Origin: a virus
Lineage: Duplodnaviria; Caudoviricetes
Virus record (IMG/VR): IMGVR_UViG_3300031994_000089
Span: 3,154 to 67,153 of that record
Strand: one strand, 5' to 3'
Length of the DNA stretch: 64,000 nt
A model generated the notes under the pieces. It made no database searches. It saw only the letters and a program-made list of their open reading frames with translations, and was not told the origin of the DNA. Below are positions 38,751-49,218 of this stretch, in pieces (position 1 is the stretch's first letter; every line of letters starts with the position of its first letter). The translations under genes were made by a program, and so were the position numbers.

Positions 38751-39644
38751 ATGAAAAAACTAGCAAAAATAAATTATGTAATTAATTATAGATTTAATAA
38801 ATATAATATAAATAGATTTGACTTAAAAATATATGATCAGAGCATTATTTCTGCTTACACAGATAAAAAAATTACATCTATAAATGTATCTAATATTAAC
38901 GATGAATATTATATAAAAACATATAATGGTAAGATTGAATTGAGAAATTCATTGATCAATATGAATTTATTTAATACAGCCACAATAGCAGATCTAATTG
39001 ATTTTAAAGTACCTATAATATATAATAAAAATACCATATGTGACAATATCAAATCATATAAAGATCATTTTCTATTTAAAGTGCCAAATAAAGATATAGA
39101 ATTATCTTTTGACAATAATTCTACGATTGTTTTTCATCCATTTAGTAAAACAATATATGAGTATAAACCAAATTCATATTCTAAAACTTTCGAATCTAAG
39201 CATATTATAATTAATAAAGGAATTATATCAGAATACTTTGATGAAAATTGTGAGAAGAGAAAGGATATAATTTTAACTAACGATAAAAATATTGAGATGG
39301 TGGAAAGTTTTTACAAATCACTTATACCCTATGATCTAGATATAGAATATTATTATATTACGAATATTTATACTTTATATAAAAAGAATAATCAATATAA
39401 ACAAATTTTTAAAAACAATAAACCATATATTATAAATCTAAAAGATTTTGTTTCTGAAAATATAAATTATGCAGAAAATATTGAGGATTATGATGTTATA
39501 ATTGATCCACTATTTCCCGAAGAATCTTTAAAAGGAAATAAAATTCATTTTAATAAAATAAAAATAGAAAAAATAAATCTAGATAATAAATTAAAAAAAT
39601 ATAATAGAATAAATATAGAAATGATTTTATATAATGAAAAATAA
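38751..39644 (+). CDS. hypothetical protein
   Basis: 297-aa ORF. Confidence 0.65.
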   Translation: MKKLAKINYVINYRFNKYNINRFDLKIYDQSIISAYTDKKITSINVSNINDEYYIKTYNGKIELRNSLINMNLFNTATIADLIDFKVPIIYNKNTICDNIKSYKDHFLFKVPNKDIELSFDNNSTIVFHPFSKTIYEYKPNSYSKTFESKHIIINKGIISEYFDENCEKRKDIILTNDKNIEMVESFYKSLIPYDLDIEYYYITNIYTLYKKNNQYKQIFKNNKPYIINLKDFVSENINYAENIEDYDVIIDPLFPEESLKGNKIHFNKIKIEKINLDNKLKKYNRINIEMILYNEK

Positions 39645-39697
39645 ATGAATTTTAAATTATATATTATAAATATAATAATAAAAAGAGAGGTGCTTAT

Positions 39698-39892
39698 ATG
39701 GACATATATAAATATGCAGAGTCAATTAACTGGAGTGCAGATTATATGGATATTAATTCTGGTTATATTTATAAAATTAGAGAAAGTGGTAGAGCTCGTA
39801 AGCTTTTTAATCTCGAATTGCCAATTAAAGTTTATGACTCTTATGGTAATTTTATAGGATATGCAGAAGAAAACAAAAACCAGGGGAATTAA
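39698..39892 (+). CDS. small hypothetical protein
   Basis: GAGG RBS, early promoter TTATATATTATA 39657-39668. Confidence 0.65.
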   Translation: MDIYKYAESINWSADYMDINSGYIYKIRESGRARKLFNLELPIKVYDSYGNFIGYAEENKNQGN

Positions 39893-39905
39893 ATATCCCC
39901 TGGTT
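39878..39905. terminator. bidirectional terminator
   Basis: AACCAGGGGA / TCCCCTGGTT. Confidence 0.7.
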
Positions 39906-39917
39906 TATTTTTTTTAT

Positions 39918-41381
39918 TTATTTAAATAATTTTCCTTGAGAATTTCTAAGTTCTGAAAGCTCTTTTCCAATCTTTGCACGAAGATCTTTATTTACTCTAA
40001 CATTATCTTTCTTCATAGCATCAGTAAGAACCCTCATTTCTTGTTCTATATCTGTAGATAAACTTCTCTTATCTTTATCACTAAAATATTTTCTACCTTC
40101 AGATATTATAGATTCAAGGCATCCAACTTCATATTTCTCTGTAACTTTGGTTTTATCCATTGCTCTCATAGCCATTCTAGCAGCACCAGCTAGTTTTCCA
40201 CTAATCTTTTGTTCTTGTTTAGCTGCAATATAATATTTAGTAAGATTCTTAACCTTAGTTTTAATAATATCTTTGGATGAGAAATCATCTTTTTCTATCT
40301 TTGCATAATCTGGAAGTGATGATCTTAATTTTAAAGCTTCACTCATAACCTGAGCATCTTTAGATAAATAATTTGTCGGATCATCTTCTGTGTTTTCTGA
40401 CCAATAAGATTTATCTAATGAACCACTAGCAGTATTCATGATATCTGTTGTGAGTTTGACCATAGATCTACCACAACTCTTTTCAATTTGCTTCTGGTTA
40501 ACTATATAAGCACCACAATAAGCAGCATTTATCATATTACAGAATGATGTAAACAAATCTATTGCATATTCGGTTCCTCTACCAAAGTGGAACATCCATC
40601 TTGTAATAAATATTTCTGTGGTTAATCCCTTAAGTTTAAATGTTTCTGCAATCATAGATATAAATGTATCTATATTTGTAAAATCTTCAGGATCATAATA
40701 CAATTCATATTGCTTAATCTCCTGAGGACCAATCTTAGCAATCTTTGCTGCTATATTTTTTACATAATTATCTAAATCTTTTCCCATAAGATTATTTAAG
40801 AAGAATAATCCTGCAAGATATTGAATCTTTGATCTACTTTCTGAATATCCTATAATTCTAAGATAATCAAGAATAAATGAGAAACATCCAACGTAACATT
40901 CTGTAGCAGATACTGTAATATTGGAATTATTAAGCATCTTTATAGGGTCATTTCTATAAAGAAGATATGTAACTGCTTCTGTAAGATATGTAATAAATTG
41001 AAAAATATTGTTACATTTATAATATCCATTGGTGAGTTCAAGAAGTTTTGTAACATCTACAAATACTTTTCTCTTTTTACCAACTTCTTTAAGATCTATA
41101 GCTTCAAATACTTTAAAAGCTCTTGGTAGTTCTACATTATTTATCATAAGAACTACATCATCTCTCATCAAAATAGAATATAGTAAAGTAAATTGTTGCT
41201 GTCTTTTTACTTCCTGTTTAATTCCTTGGAAAGCTTCTGAATTCTTATCAATTCTTTCAGCCGATGTAACATATTCTATTAGTTTTCTATTGATTTCTTT
41301 AGCGATTGGTTTACCGTTAGCATTCTTATCGTAATTATAAACGAAACTATCACTAAAGGTTTTTTGTTCAATATTTGACAT
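39918..41381 (-). CDS. probable late/virion protein
   Basis: 487 aa; AACA-TCATAA-TAAT at 41416-41429. Confidence 0.55.
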   Translation of the reverse strand: MSNIEQKTFSDSFVYNYDKNANGKPIAKEINRKLIEYVTSAERIDKNSEAFQGIKQEVKRQQQFTLLYSILMRDDVVLMINNVELPRAFKVFEAIDLKEVGKKRKVFVDVTKLLELTNGYYKCNNIFQFITYLTEAVTYLLYRNDPIKMLNNSNITVSATECYVGCFSFILDYLRIIGYSESRSKIQYLAGLFFLNNLMGKDLDNYVKNIAAKIAKIGPQEIKQYELYYDPEDFTNIDTFISMIAETFKLKGLTTEIFITRWMFHFGRGTEYAIDLFTSFCNMINAAYCGAYIVNQKQIEKSCGRSMVKLTTDIMNTASGSLDKSYWSENTEDDPTNYLSKDAQVMSEALKLRSSLPDYAKIEKDDFSSKDIIKTKVKNLTKYYIAAKQEQKISGKLAGAARMAMRAMDKTKVTEKYEVGCLESIISEGRKYFSDKDKRSLSTDIEQEMRVLTDAMKKDNVRVNKDLRAKIGKELSELRNSQGKLFK

Positions 41382-41529
41382 GTCAAAAACCTCCTATAAA
41401 AATATTTACGTAAATATTATTATGATGTTCGCCTACTGTAAAAGTCAATTAAATCGATTGTATAATATATATGTAATAATAAAGATATAGTCATAGTAAA
41501 ATAAATAAAATAAAGAAAGGGGAATAACT

Positions 41530-41856
41530 ATGAACGATATTAATATTAATAATGAAATTGAAAGAATCAATAGAGAAGTTAAAGAAGCACAAAGAAGATT
41601 TGATGAAGAGGTAGCAGAGGCGGAAAAAATTAGAAGAGAAATTGAAAGAATCAATAGAGAAGTTAAAGAAGCACAAAGAAGATTTGATGAAGAGGTAGCA
41701 GAGGCGGAAAAAATTAGAAGAGAAATGGCAGAGAGTGATAGACAATTTAATATAAAAAGAAAGCAGCTGCAAGAAGAAGAAAAAAGAATTGAAGAAAAAA
41801 TGAGAAATGATGGATTTGATGAGTTGTGTTTAGAGCTTGGTGTAGATCTTTCATAA
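41530..41856 (+). CDS. small coiled-coil protein with exact internal duplication
   Basis: EIERINREVKEAQRRFDEEVAEAEKIRR x2. Confidence 0.7.
   Translation: MNDININNEIERINREVKEAQRRFDEEVAEAEKIRREIERINREVKEAQRRFDEEVAEAEKIRREMAESDRQFNIKRKQLQEEEKRIEEKMRNDGFDELCLELGVDLS
41554..41726 (+). repeat. perfect 84-bp tandem repeat (2 copies)
   Basis: 41554-41637 repeated at 41638-41721. Confidence 0.95.
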
Positions 41857-41973
41857 TACAAATAAGAGGGGCAGATTATATCTACCCCTCTATTTAAAAT
41901 CTTTTAAGATTATTTTTTGTCATTTTAATACATCAAGAACTTTGATATAATAGAATTAAAGGAGGTATGAGTA

Positions 41974-43287
41974 ATGGCTGGAGGATCTCCGAATACAAAT
42001 AAATTAGCTTTTAATGCAGCGATTACATTAACATTTTTTGTTAATAAATTAACAGTTAATGTTGCACCTGAAAGAATAAAATATATTGTGATAGATACTA
42101 ATTATGAATCAGAAATAATGCCCAAATTATATATGAATATTTCTGTAGATACAGCATTATATGATTATATAACTAATTATAAAGATACTGCAAAATTTAA
42201 ATTGAGAATAGAGAGAAAAAATTTATTCTCCAAAACTTCTATATCTGATACTATAGTAAACGAAACTTTTTCTTATATAGCATCCACTACAAATGCAGAT
42301 TATATGAGAGATATTTCTGAAGGTGGCATTAGAGATGATAGCTATAGAAATATAGTAATCGGATTAATATCGGATAGAATTACAGATTCGCTTAGAAAGA
42401 GTTTCAATTCTATATATAATAATATTGATCAGGAAACTTTGGTGTCATTAGCTACAGAAGGGTTAGATATAGTTACAGAACCTTTATCATACAACAAATC
42501 ATACAGTTCAATCCTTATTCCTCCAATTGCATCTAGAAATGAATTTTTAAAGTATATATTTGATTATGATAATTTTTATGATACAAAATATTTATTTTTT
42601 ATGGATTTTAAAAGATCTTATCTTGTGTCTAGAAACGGACGGGGAGTATATAATTCCGATGATCCAATAAATGACGTGTTTATTGATATAACTACATTAA
42701 GAAGCAATGATTCATTCTATGAAGGGATGAATATGATAAATAATTCATATTATCTTTATATAAATCCAACAAATAGTAATGTGATTGTACCGGATGGTAT
42801 GGGAAAGATTGGTAATAGATTAATTGTAGTAGATGATGATAAAGAATTAGAGATGCTAGATGTTACATTAAATAATAATTATGAATCTACTATAAAAGAT
42901 ATATTTGTAAGAGCAGATAATGGTTCTACGATAAAAAATGATATGGAACAAGAAAATGTTTTGGTTGAGGTTGTAAAGAATCAAATAGATGGGTACTCGT
43001 TTACACCTAACAAAACTTATGTAGTAAATAACTTTGGTAATTATAGTAAATATAATGGTAAATATGTAATATCTGCTAAAAAAGAATATTTTAGAGTAAC
43101 AGCTGGAGGAGATTTTAGAACTAGTTGCTACCTGGTATTAAGAAAAATTGGAACAATAAGTACAAAAAATAGCACTGTGTCTTTGGATAGATCTAATAGA
43201 GCTGTCAAGAGTAGTTCACAATTAACTACATCTGCAGATAAAATAAATACTACAAATATTGTTCCAGCATCTAGGGTTAAAAAGTAA
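41974..43287 (+). CDS. probable virion tail/baseplate protein
   Basis: AACT-TTGATA-TAAT upstream; beta-rich with GKYVI..K.EYF end reminiscent of hub proteins. Confidence 0.45.
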   Translation: MAGGSPNTNKLAFNAAITLTFFVNKLTVNVAPERIKYIVIDTNYESEIMPKLYMNISVDTALYDYITNYKDTAKFKLRIERKNLFSKTSISDTIVNETFSYIASTTNADYMRDISEGGIRDDSYRNIVIGLISDRITDSLRKSFNSIYNNIDQETLVSLATEGLDIVTEPLSYNKSYSSILIPPIASRNEFLKYIFDYDNFYDTKYLFFMDFKRSYLVSRNGRGVYNSDDPINDVFIDITTLRSNDSFYEGMNMINNSYYLYINPTNSNVIVPDGMGKIGNRLIVVDDDKELEMLDVTLNNNYESTIKDIFVRADNGSTIKNDMEQENVLVEVVKNQIDGYSFTPNKTYVVNNFGNYSKYNGKYVISAKKEYFRVTAGGDFRTSCYLVLRKIGTISTKNSTVSLDRSNRAVKSSSQLTTSADKINTTNIVPASRVKK

Positions 43288-43429
43288 ATAAAAAATATTA
43301 CTAGTACATATTAATAAATATATTGTTGGCCCCATATCTCTTGTTACATTTGTTTTGTTTTAATACTACCTCGCTGCACCCCCAGAGACTAACCATCTCT
43401 GGGGGTTTCAGCTTATTTAATATATGGAG

Positions 43430-43443
43430 AACATCAATATAAA
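43430..43443 (+). promoter_or_regulatory. putative late promoter AACA-TCAATA-TAAA
   Basis: Upstream of prohead protease. Confidence 0.6.
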
Positions 43444-43473
43444 TACCCTATTTAATAAGGAGGAATAAATAAA

Positions 43474-44331
43474 ATGAATAATAATATAGCTGCATATATT
43501 ATATGCGAATCTGATATAAATCCTAGTCTTGAAAAAGTGGAGAGAGGATTAGATGGAAAAGCTATCGGCGAAGGTATTCTTCAAACTGCAGACGAGAGAA
43601 ATAGAAATGGTAGATATTATGCTGAGGAAGAGTTGTTTCCTCAATTAGTTGCGCCAAGAATAAAAGAACTTTTAGCAGCTGGATATCTTAGAGCTGAAAT
43701 GGGTCACCCATTATCTAAAGATCTTGCTAGACAGTCAGTTATAGATGATAAGATTACATGTGCTAGATTTCTTACATTATGGACAGAAGGTAAGAATATC
43801 TGGGCTAGATTTAAAGGAACTAATAATGAATATGGTAGAGCTTTTGATCTAGATCTTAAAGAAGGATGCAAGCCAGCATGGTCATTAAGAGCTTTGGGTT
43901 CTGTTATGCAAACTTCTAGAGGCGCAGAAGTAAAAAATCTTAGAGTAATTACTTGGGATAATGTTATTTACCCATCACATCCAGGAGCATATACGCAAAG
44001 AATAGTTGCAGAATCATTAGCAATTGCAAATGAAGCTGTAACAACTGGTACAACTCCTACTGGAAAGATAATTACAGAAAATGATCTCAATGGTGTTGCA
44101 ATGATCACACCAATTAGAAATGAACAGATTCTTAACTTCCTGCAAGAACAATCCGGAAATCTTAAATTTATAAGAGAATGTTTTGATTTTGTTTATAAAG
44201 ATATTGTTGTCAATGAAAAGGGCACCAAAGTATTCCTTACAACCAATGAAGGAAGCACTCTTGTAGTTCCTATGGAATCATATGTACATAATGAACTTAT
44301 GAATTATGCTGCCAAGAGAATCAATAATTAA
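43474..44331 (+). CDS. prohead protease (T4 gp21/phiKZ gp175-like)
   Basis: ILQTADERNRNGRYY, AEMGHP, WSLRALG, ITWDNVIYPSHPGAY. Confidence 0.88.
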   Translation: MNNNIAAYIICESDINPSLEKVERGLDGKAIGEGILQTADERNRNGRYYAEEELFPQLVAPRIKELLAAGYLRAEMGHPLSKDLARQSVIDDKITCARFLTLWTEGKNIWARFKGTNNEYGRAFDLDLKEGCKPAWSLRALGSVMQTSRGAEVKNLRVITWDNVIYPSHPGAYTQRIVAESLAIANEAVTTGTTPTGKIITENDLNGVAMITPIRNEQILNFLQEQSGNLKFIRECFDFVYKDIVVNEKGTKVFLTTNEGSTLVVPMESYVHNELMNYAAKRINN

Positions 44332-44340
44332 TAACAGGAG

Positions 44341-45141
44341 GTGATGATTATGGCAGTGGCTAATGATATGACTCTGTTATTGGATAAAATAGAGCGTAGA
44401 CTCGGATTAGCTCCCATTGTTCCTAATCTTCCTGATTATCTTAAAAAAGAAAAATGGGCAGATGTAATTTTGCAGGATACAATGGTTACATTTTCTCGTT
44501 ATTATCCTCATGATATGAGAATGGTTATATCTGATGAAACTTGTAATAAGAAAACCGATGAATCTGGTACTGTATGGTACTATATCAAAGATGAAGTATT
44601 ACTTGGTACCAAACTATTAGGTATTATGGATATTGATTGGCAAGATCACACCACATCAAATTCATCATTAGGAGCTACATCTATTGGTGGTGGTTATTAT
44701 TATCCTAATTTTGCTTGCCCAATCGAAACTTTTAATTCTATTCTGACATTACAATCTTTAGCAGATACAGCTTCTTTATATAACAGAGCAATATATATTC
44801 AATTTGATTATCCTAATAGATTCTGTCTTAGAGGATTAGGAAATACAAATTATGATTTGGATAAATTTGTAATTAAACTATTGGTTGAACATAAAAGTTT
44901 AATTACTATATCTCCTACAAAAATGGAAACATTCGAGGCTCTAGCTCAAGCGGATGTTGCTAGATTTCTATATATGAATTTAAGATATTATGATGGTCTT
45001 GAAACTACATATATTAATATTGATCTTAAGTTATCTGAATTAAATGATGAAGCTAACAAGCGAGATCAAATAATAGAATATATTAAGGAAAGCTATATTA
45101 GTAGTTCCAACGATAATATTCCTTATATCATTACCACTTAA
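44341..45141 (+). CDS. probable virion structural protein
   Basis: Co-transcribed with protease; LLDKIERRLG N-terminus. Confidence 0.5.
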   Translation: MMIMAVANDMTLLLDKIERRLGLAPIVPNLPDYLKKEKWADVILQDTMVTFSRYYPHDMRMVISDETCNKKTDESGTVWYYIKDEVLLGTKLLGIMDIDWQDHTTSNSSLGATSIGGGYYYPNFACPIETFNSILTLQSLADTASLYNRAIYIQFDYPNRFCLRGLGNTNYDLDKFVIKLLVEHKSLITISPTKMETFEALAQADVARFLYMNLRYYDGLETTYINIDLKLSELNDEANKRDQIIEYIKESYISSSNDNIPYIITT

Positions 45142-45207
45142 ATGGTAGTTAAATAATTATAATTAAAATTAATTTTATGGGTAGTCTATAAGACTACCCA
45201 TATATTT

Positions 45208-45681
45208 TTATTCTATTTTATTAAATTCATTTAATACTTCTAATACTAAAAACTTAACTTCATTTCTGACAAATCTTATTAATGAATCATCATCTGATAT
45301 ATTTATAATACATTTTATATAGAATAAATGCACATCTGACATTTCCAATATAAAATTAGAGGTTACATAATTTATTAATTCATTAACCTCGGAATCTTTA
45401 ATATAATTTCCAGATTTAGAAGTTATATTTATCAATATCCATTTATTTATATATTCTTTTAATGTTTCATCTATAACCTCTTTAGCTCTTCTAGTATCTA
45501 TATCCATATATATTCTATTCTGTTCATTTTTTACTTTATTAGATTCTATTTCTATTATATTATTTATATTTTTAGAAATATTTAAAGATATAATTATCAA
45601 AGGAAAAAATACAATTATTATAGAAATTAATATTACTAATGCTAAATATATATTCATTTTAATATCCTTCCATCCATTCAT
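45208..45681 (-). CDS. membrane-anchored hypothetical protein
   Basis: Long N-terminal hydrophobic helix. Confidence 0.6.
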   Translation of the reverse strand: MNGWKDIKMNIYLALVILISIIIVFFPLIIISLNISKNINNIIEIESNKVKNEQNRIYMDIDTRRAKEVIDETLKEYINKWILINITSKSGNYIKDSEVNELINYVTSNFILEMSDVHLFYIKCIINISDDDSLIRFVRNEVKFLVLEVLNEFNKIE

Positions 45682-45848
45682 CTATTTTATTTTTTATAAT
45701 ACTAATTACAATTAATATTATAAAGAATATTGTTGGGCCAAATACCGATACCCAATTCCATGCAATTAAATTTAATAATTTTAATATTATAAATACAATT
45801 TGTACTGTACCTATAATATAAATTAAACAACCCATATTAAATCCTCCT

Positions 45849-46619
45849 TTAAAATCCTTGAAATTCTATACCCTGACTAGGCATTATGTTTTCATAATCT
45901 AATTCTCTATCTCCCGGCAAAGGACCAATATTTTCTATTGGAGTTCCATACTCATTAAATTCTGCAAATGATAATATTTGTTCTTGTTGTGGTAAATTAA
46001 TAGACATTGGAAAATGATCTTGGTATTTCTTTATATATTTGATCACTTTGTTTGCTATTTCATACGTAATACCATATTTATATTCTGCTAACAATTCCCA
46101 CCATTTACCAAATGTCATTTCTGGTGGTATATATCCTTCTGGATCTGCTGTATATACTTGATGTGCAGTTTTAGATAGAAAGGTAACTCCTACTCTATTA
46201 TTATAATGCTCTTGAATTAATAACTGTATAAGGTCAAAAGTTGATATTCTGCCAACTGTATTTATTGTATGATAAGTTATTAATAAACATATATCAAATA
46301 ATCCTAAAATATTATGATGTAATTCTATAGTAGCATCCTCTTCTGTTATATTACCAAATTCTTGACATCTATTTATTCCCATGCTCATAAGATAAGATTT
46401 ATATGCTTTATATTCTTTTGATCCTCTAAATCTAGATTCTGCATTTTTTAAAAAATTTCTAAATGTATCTATATCTTGCAATGTTTCTCTTGTTTGATAA
46501 AAGAATATATCTATTTCTGAATATGGTGAATGTACTGATGGGTTTTCTTTTCCATAAGATATTATATCTGGGTATTGATTATATTCTTGTCGAACCATCA
46601 GTTCTTGCACAATGACCAC
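45849..46619 (-). CDS. hypothetical protein with possible HNH-like core
   Basis: RCQEFGN..TIELHH...LSKTAHQ; AACT-CTATTA-TA upstream. Confidence 0.4.
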   Translation of the reverse strand: MVIVQELMVRQEYNQYPDIISYGKENPSVHSPYSEIDIFFYQTRETLQDIDTFRNFLKNAESRFRGSKEYKAYKSYLMSMGINRCQEFGNITEEDATIELHHNILGLFDICLLITYHTINTVGRISTFDLIQLLIQEHYNNRVGVTFLSKTAHQVYTADPEGYIPPEMTFGKWWELLAEYKYGITYEIANKVIKYIKKYQDHFPMSINLPQQEQILSFAEFNEYGTPIENIGPLPGDRELDYENIMPSQGIEFQGF

Positions 46620-46750
46620 CTCTCTTTATAATAAGAATTTATAATAGAGTTCTATATATAATTTATTATCGTTATATACCAATATATTAGTATTTATTTA
46701 TTATATTCTATACAATTAGGTAATTGTATAGAATAATAAGGAGGTAATTT

Positions 46751-47017
46751 ATGTCTAAGATATTATATGAAGATCCAAAACTTCAAAAAATGAATTCAGA
46801 ATTAAAAAAAGCTAGGTATATTAGTGGGCATACACAAGAGTCATTATCCGAATCTTCTGGTGTTAATATAAAAAGTATTGCTAGCTATGAACAAGATCCA
46901 GAAAAACTAGCTGTAGCTAGTTACAAAACTGTAAAATCTTTAGCGGATTCTCTTGGAGTAGATACAGATGATATTATAAATATGGAAACTATATATGGAG
47001 ATAAAAAGGAGAAATAA
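46751..47017 (+). CDS. XRE-family HTH regulator
   Basis: LKKARYISGHTQESLSESSGVNIKSIASYEQ...LADSLGV. Confidence 0.88.
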   Translation: MSKILYEDPKLQKMNSELKKARYISGHTQESLSESSGVNIKSIASYEQDPEKLAVASYKTVKSLADSLGVDTDDIINMETIYGDKKEK

Positions 47018-47018
47018 T

Positions 47019-47204
47019 ATGGATTCTTTAGATCGAGAATTTGTGAAACCTATTGATAAGTTTTCTGATACAAGTGAAGATAAACCGATTGATTATAAAA
47101 CTAGAAGATGTTGTGATTGTAAACATGAACATGATGGCGGTTATTGTGATTTTGCAAAATCTGGTGGTATTTGTAAAAACCATTCAGCTTGGGAACCAAA
47201 ATAA
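47019..47204 (+). CDS. small Cys-rich protein
   Basis: ATG 47019 after AAGGAG; CCDC..C..C. Confidence 0.6.
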   Translation: MDSLDREFVKPIDKFSDTSEDKPIDYKTRRCCDCKHEHDGGYCDFAKSGGICKNHSAWEPK

Positions 47205-47227
47205 ATTAAAATATTAAGGAGGATATT

Positions 47228-47548
47228 ATGAGTTTAGTAAAAGTATATTCAGTTACATTTATGCAATACACAAATTGCTCAAAAGATACCATTAGTAATA
47301 ATAATAAAGAAGATACAAAATATATTACAGTTAATGAACATGGATTTGAACATGCACCATTTTTGATTAAAGAATATAATATTGATAAATATAAAGATTT
47401 TGGTGGTGGTATAAAAGAATTAATATTTGTTGGATATATGGAAGATAATACTTTAGATAATACTATTGTTATGGATGAATCAAATCTCGCATCAAATGGT
47501 CAGCATTTATTATATAACGATAGTAATAAGGGTACAATATGTGTCTAA
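47228..47548 (+). CDS. hypothetical protein
   Basis: AAGGAGG RBS. Confidence 0.65.
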   Translation: MSLVKVYSVTFMQYTNCSKDTISNNNKEDTKYITVNEHGFEHAPFLIKEYNIDKYKDFGGGIKELIFVGYMEDNTLDNTIVMDESNLASNGQHLLYNDSNKGTICV

Positions 47549-47571
47549 ATGTAAATGTATATAATTAGAAT

Positions 47572-48006
47572 TTGAAAAGGAGATTAAGTAAAATGGAAGT
47601 TAAAATTAATGTTGATGAATCTAGAATTCCTGAAATTTTAGAAAAAGAATTAAACGCGTTAAATGCCAAAGAAATACACGAGATTGTTATAGAATGTATT
47701 AAACAATACCTATCTCAAGATAATTATAAAAATACTGAACGCTTATTTGTATATAAGAAGAAAAATTATTATGGTTATGATGCAGATGCGCCAACAGATT
47801 TATTATATAAAATTCTTAAAGAAAATATGGATTATTCGTCTTTACAAAATACTGTAGATAAATGTATTGATGAGCTTAAAAATAATTATGAAGGTTTATT
47901 GATTAAAGTAATTACCGAGATGATAGCATCTTCTTTAGCCAATACATATAATATGAAAGGAATATTATTAGAAACTATTAATCAAAATTTAATAAAAAAT
48001 AATTAA
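47572..48006 (+). CDS. hypothetical protein
   Basis: Start probably ATG 47593 after AAGGAG. Confidence 0.65.
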   Translation: MKRRLSKMEVKINVDESRIPEILEKELNALNAKEIHEIVIECIKQYLSQDNYKNTERLFVYKKKNYYGYDADAPTDLLYKILKENMDYSSLQNTVDKCIDELKNNYEGLLIKVITEMIASSLANTYNMKGILLETINQNLIKNN

Positions 48007-48018
48007 AGGAGAAATAAA

Positions 48019-49017
48019 ATGAATTTGGAATTAAAGGAAGGATATAATGGAATAACTGATGGTGAAGAATTAAGGGCTTATATGGATAATATGAAATATA
48101 AAGATAAATTTGAAGCAATATTAAAGACAAATTTATCAGAAATAGATATTAATGAAATAAAATATATAATGTTTGGTGAAACTATGCCTTCTGATGTGAC
48201 GGCCAATGCCAATACAGTATGGTGGGTTGGTATTGGTGATTATATAAATATATATTTATATAATCACGATATATATGTAGAGGCTCTAACTAAGGATAGT
48301 TTCGAACATTATAAAGAAATTGCTGAAATGTGTGAGGCTAACCCTAATTATTTTAATGATTTTAAAAAAATAAACAATAATGCTGGTACTATTGAAGCGC
48401 CAAATAATGATAATACTGCTACTATTGAAACGCCACCAGATAATGGTAATAATATTACATTTAGAACTGTTCCAGTTTTTGAAGAATATGATCAAGGTGT
48501 AGATTTCACATTGGATTTTTTCAAAAGAAATCCGGATACATATAACCCAAATATTGAAATGTGTTATTTGCAAAGAGAAACTCCTTTGGTAAAAGTTAGA
48601 TACCATAAAGAATTATGTCCAGAATTAATAGAATTAAAGAAAGATCCACTGGGTGATTTTATAGATTTAAGATCAGCTGAAAATGTAGAACTATCTGTTG
48701 GAGAATATAAATTGATTAGCCTCGGTATATCTGTACAGCTACCGAAAGGATATCATGCAGAAATAGTTCCTAGATCTTCTACATATAAGAATTTTGGTAT
48801 TATTATGAGTAATAGTATTGGAATCATTGATGAATCATATTGTGGGGATGATGATATTTGGCATTTTCCGGCTATAGCATTAAAAAGTACCAAAATCAAT
48901 ATTAATGATAGAATTTGTCAATTTAGAATAGTAAAAAATAGAGATATTAATATTGAATTGGTTGATAGATTAGATAATGAAAATCGTGGTGGAATTGGAA
49001 GTACTGGAAAGAATTAA
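48019..49017 (+). CDS. dut: trimeric dUTPase with about 185-aa N-terminal extension
   Basis: IDLRSA, PRSS, NSIGIIDESYCG, RICQFRI, NRGGIGSTG (five dUTPase motifs) in the C-terminal part. Confidence 0.9.
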   Translation: MNLELKEGYNGITDGEELRAYMDNMKYKDKFEAILKTNLSEIDINEIKYIMFGETMPSDVTANANTVWWVGIGDYINIYLYNHDIYVEALTKDSFEHYKEIAEMCEANPNYFNDFKKINNNAGTIEAPNNDNTATIETPPDNGNNITFRTVPVFEEYDQGVDFTLDFFKRNPDTYNPNIEMCYLQRETPLVKVRYHKELCPELIELKKDPLGDFIDLRSAENVELSVGEYKLISLGISVQLPKGYHAEIVPRSSTYKNFGIIMSNSIGIIDESYCGDDDIWHFPAIALKSTKININDRICQFRIVKNRDINIELVDRLDNENRGGIGSTGKN

Positions 49018-49062
49018 ATAATTATATATTACAATGGTATAATATATAAAGGAGGTACTATT

Positions 49063-49185
49063 ATGGGACCAATGGATTCTGATAATTATGATCATTGTTG
49101 GGAAACCGGTGAATATGATGATCAAGATTGTAATTTTTGCCCTTATAATGAAAAATGTTGTGGGTCATCAAATGACGAGGATTAA
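49063..49185 (+). CDS. small Cys/Asp-rich protein (40 aa, not in ORF track)
   Basis: AAGGAGG RBS, early promoter TTATATATTACA 49022-49033. Confidence 0.65.
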   Translation: MGPMDSDNYDHCWETGEYDDQDCNFCPYNEKCCGSSNDED

Positions 49186-49192
49186 AAATAAT

Positions 49193-49218
49193 CCCAGGTA
49201 GATTAATTTCTACCTGGG
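49193..49218 (+). terminator. terminator hairpin, ATTAATTT loop
   Basis: CCCAGGTAG-ATTAATTT-CTACCTGGG. Confidence 0.75.

Noticed and set aside
41445-41861. Minus-strand repetitive ORFs 41445-41861 and 41491-41772
   Set aside because: Mirror of the stop-poor tandem repeat in the plus-strand coiled-coil gene, which has the RBS
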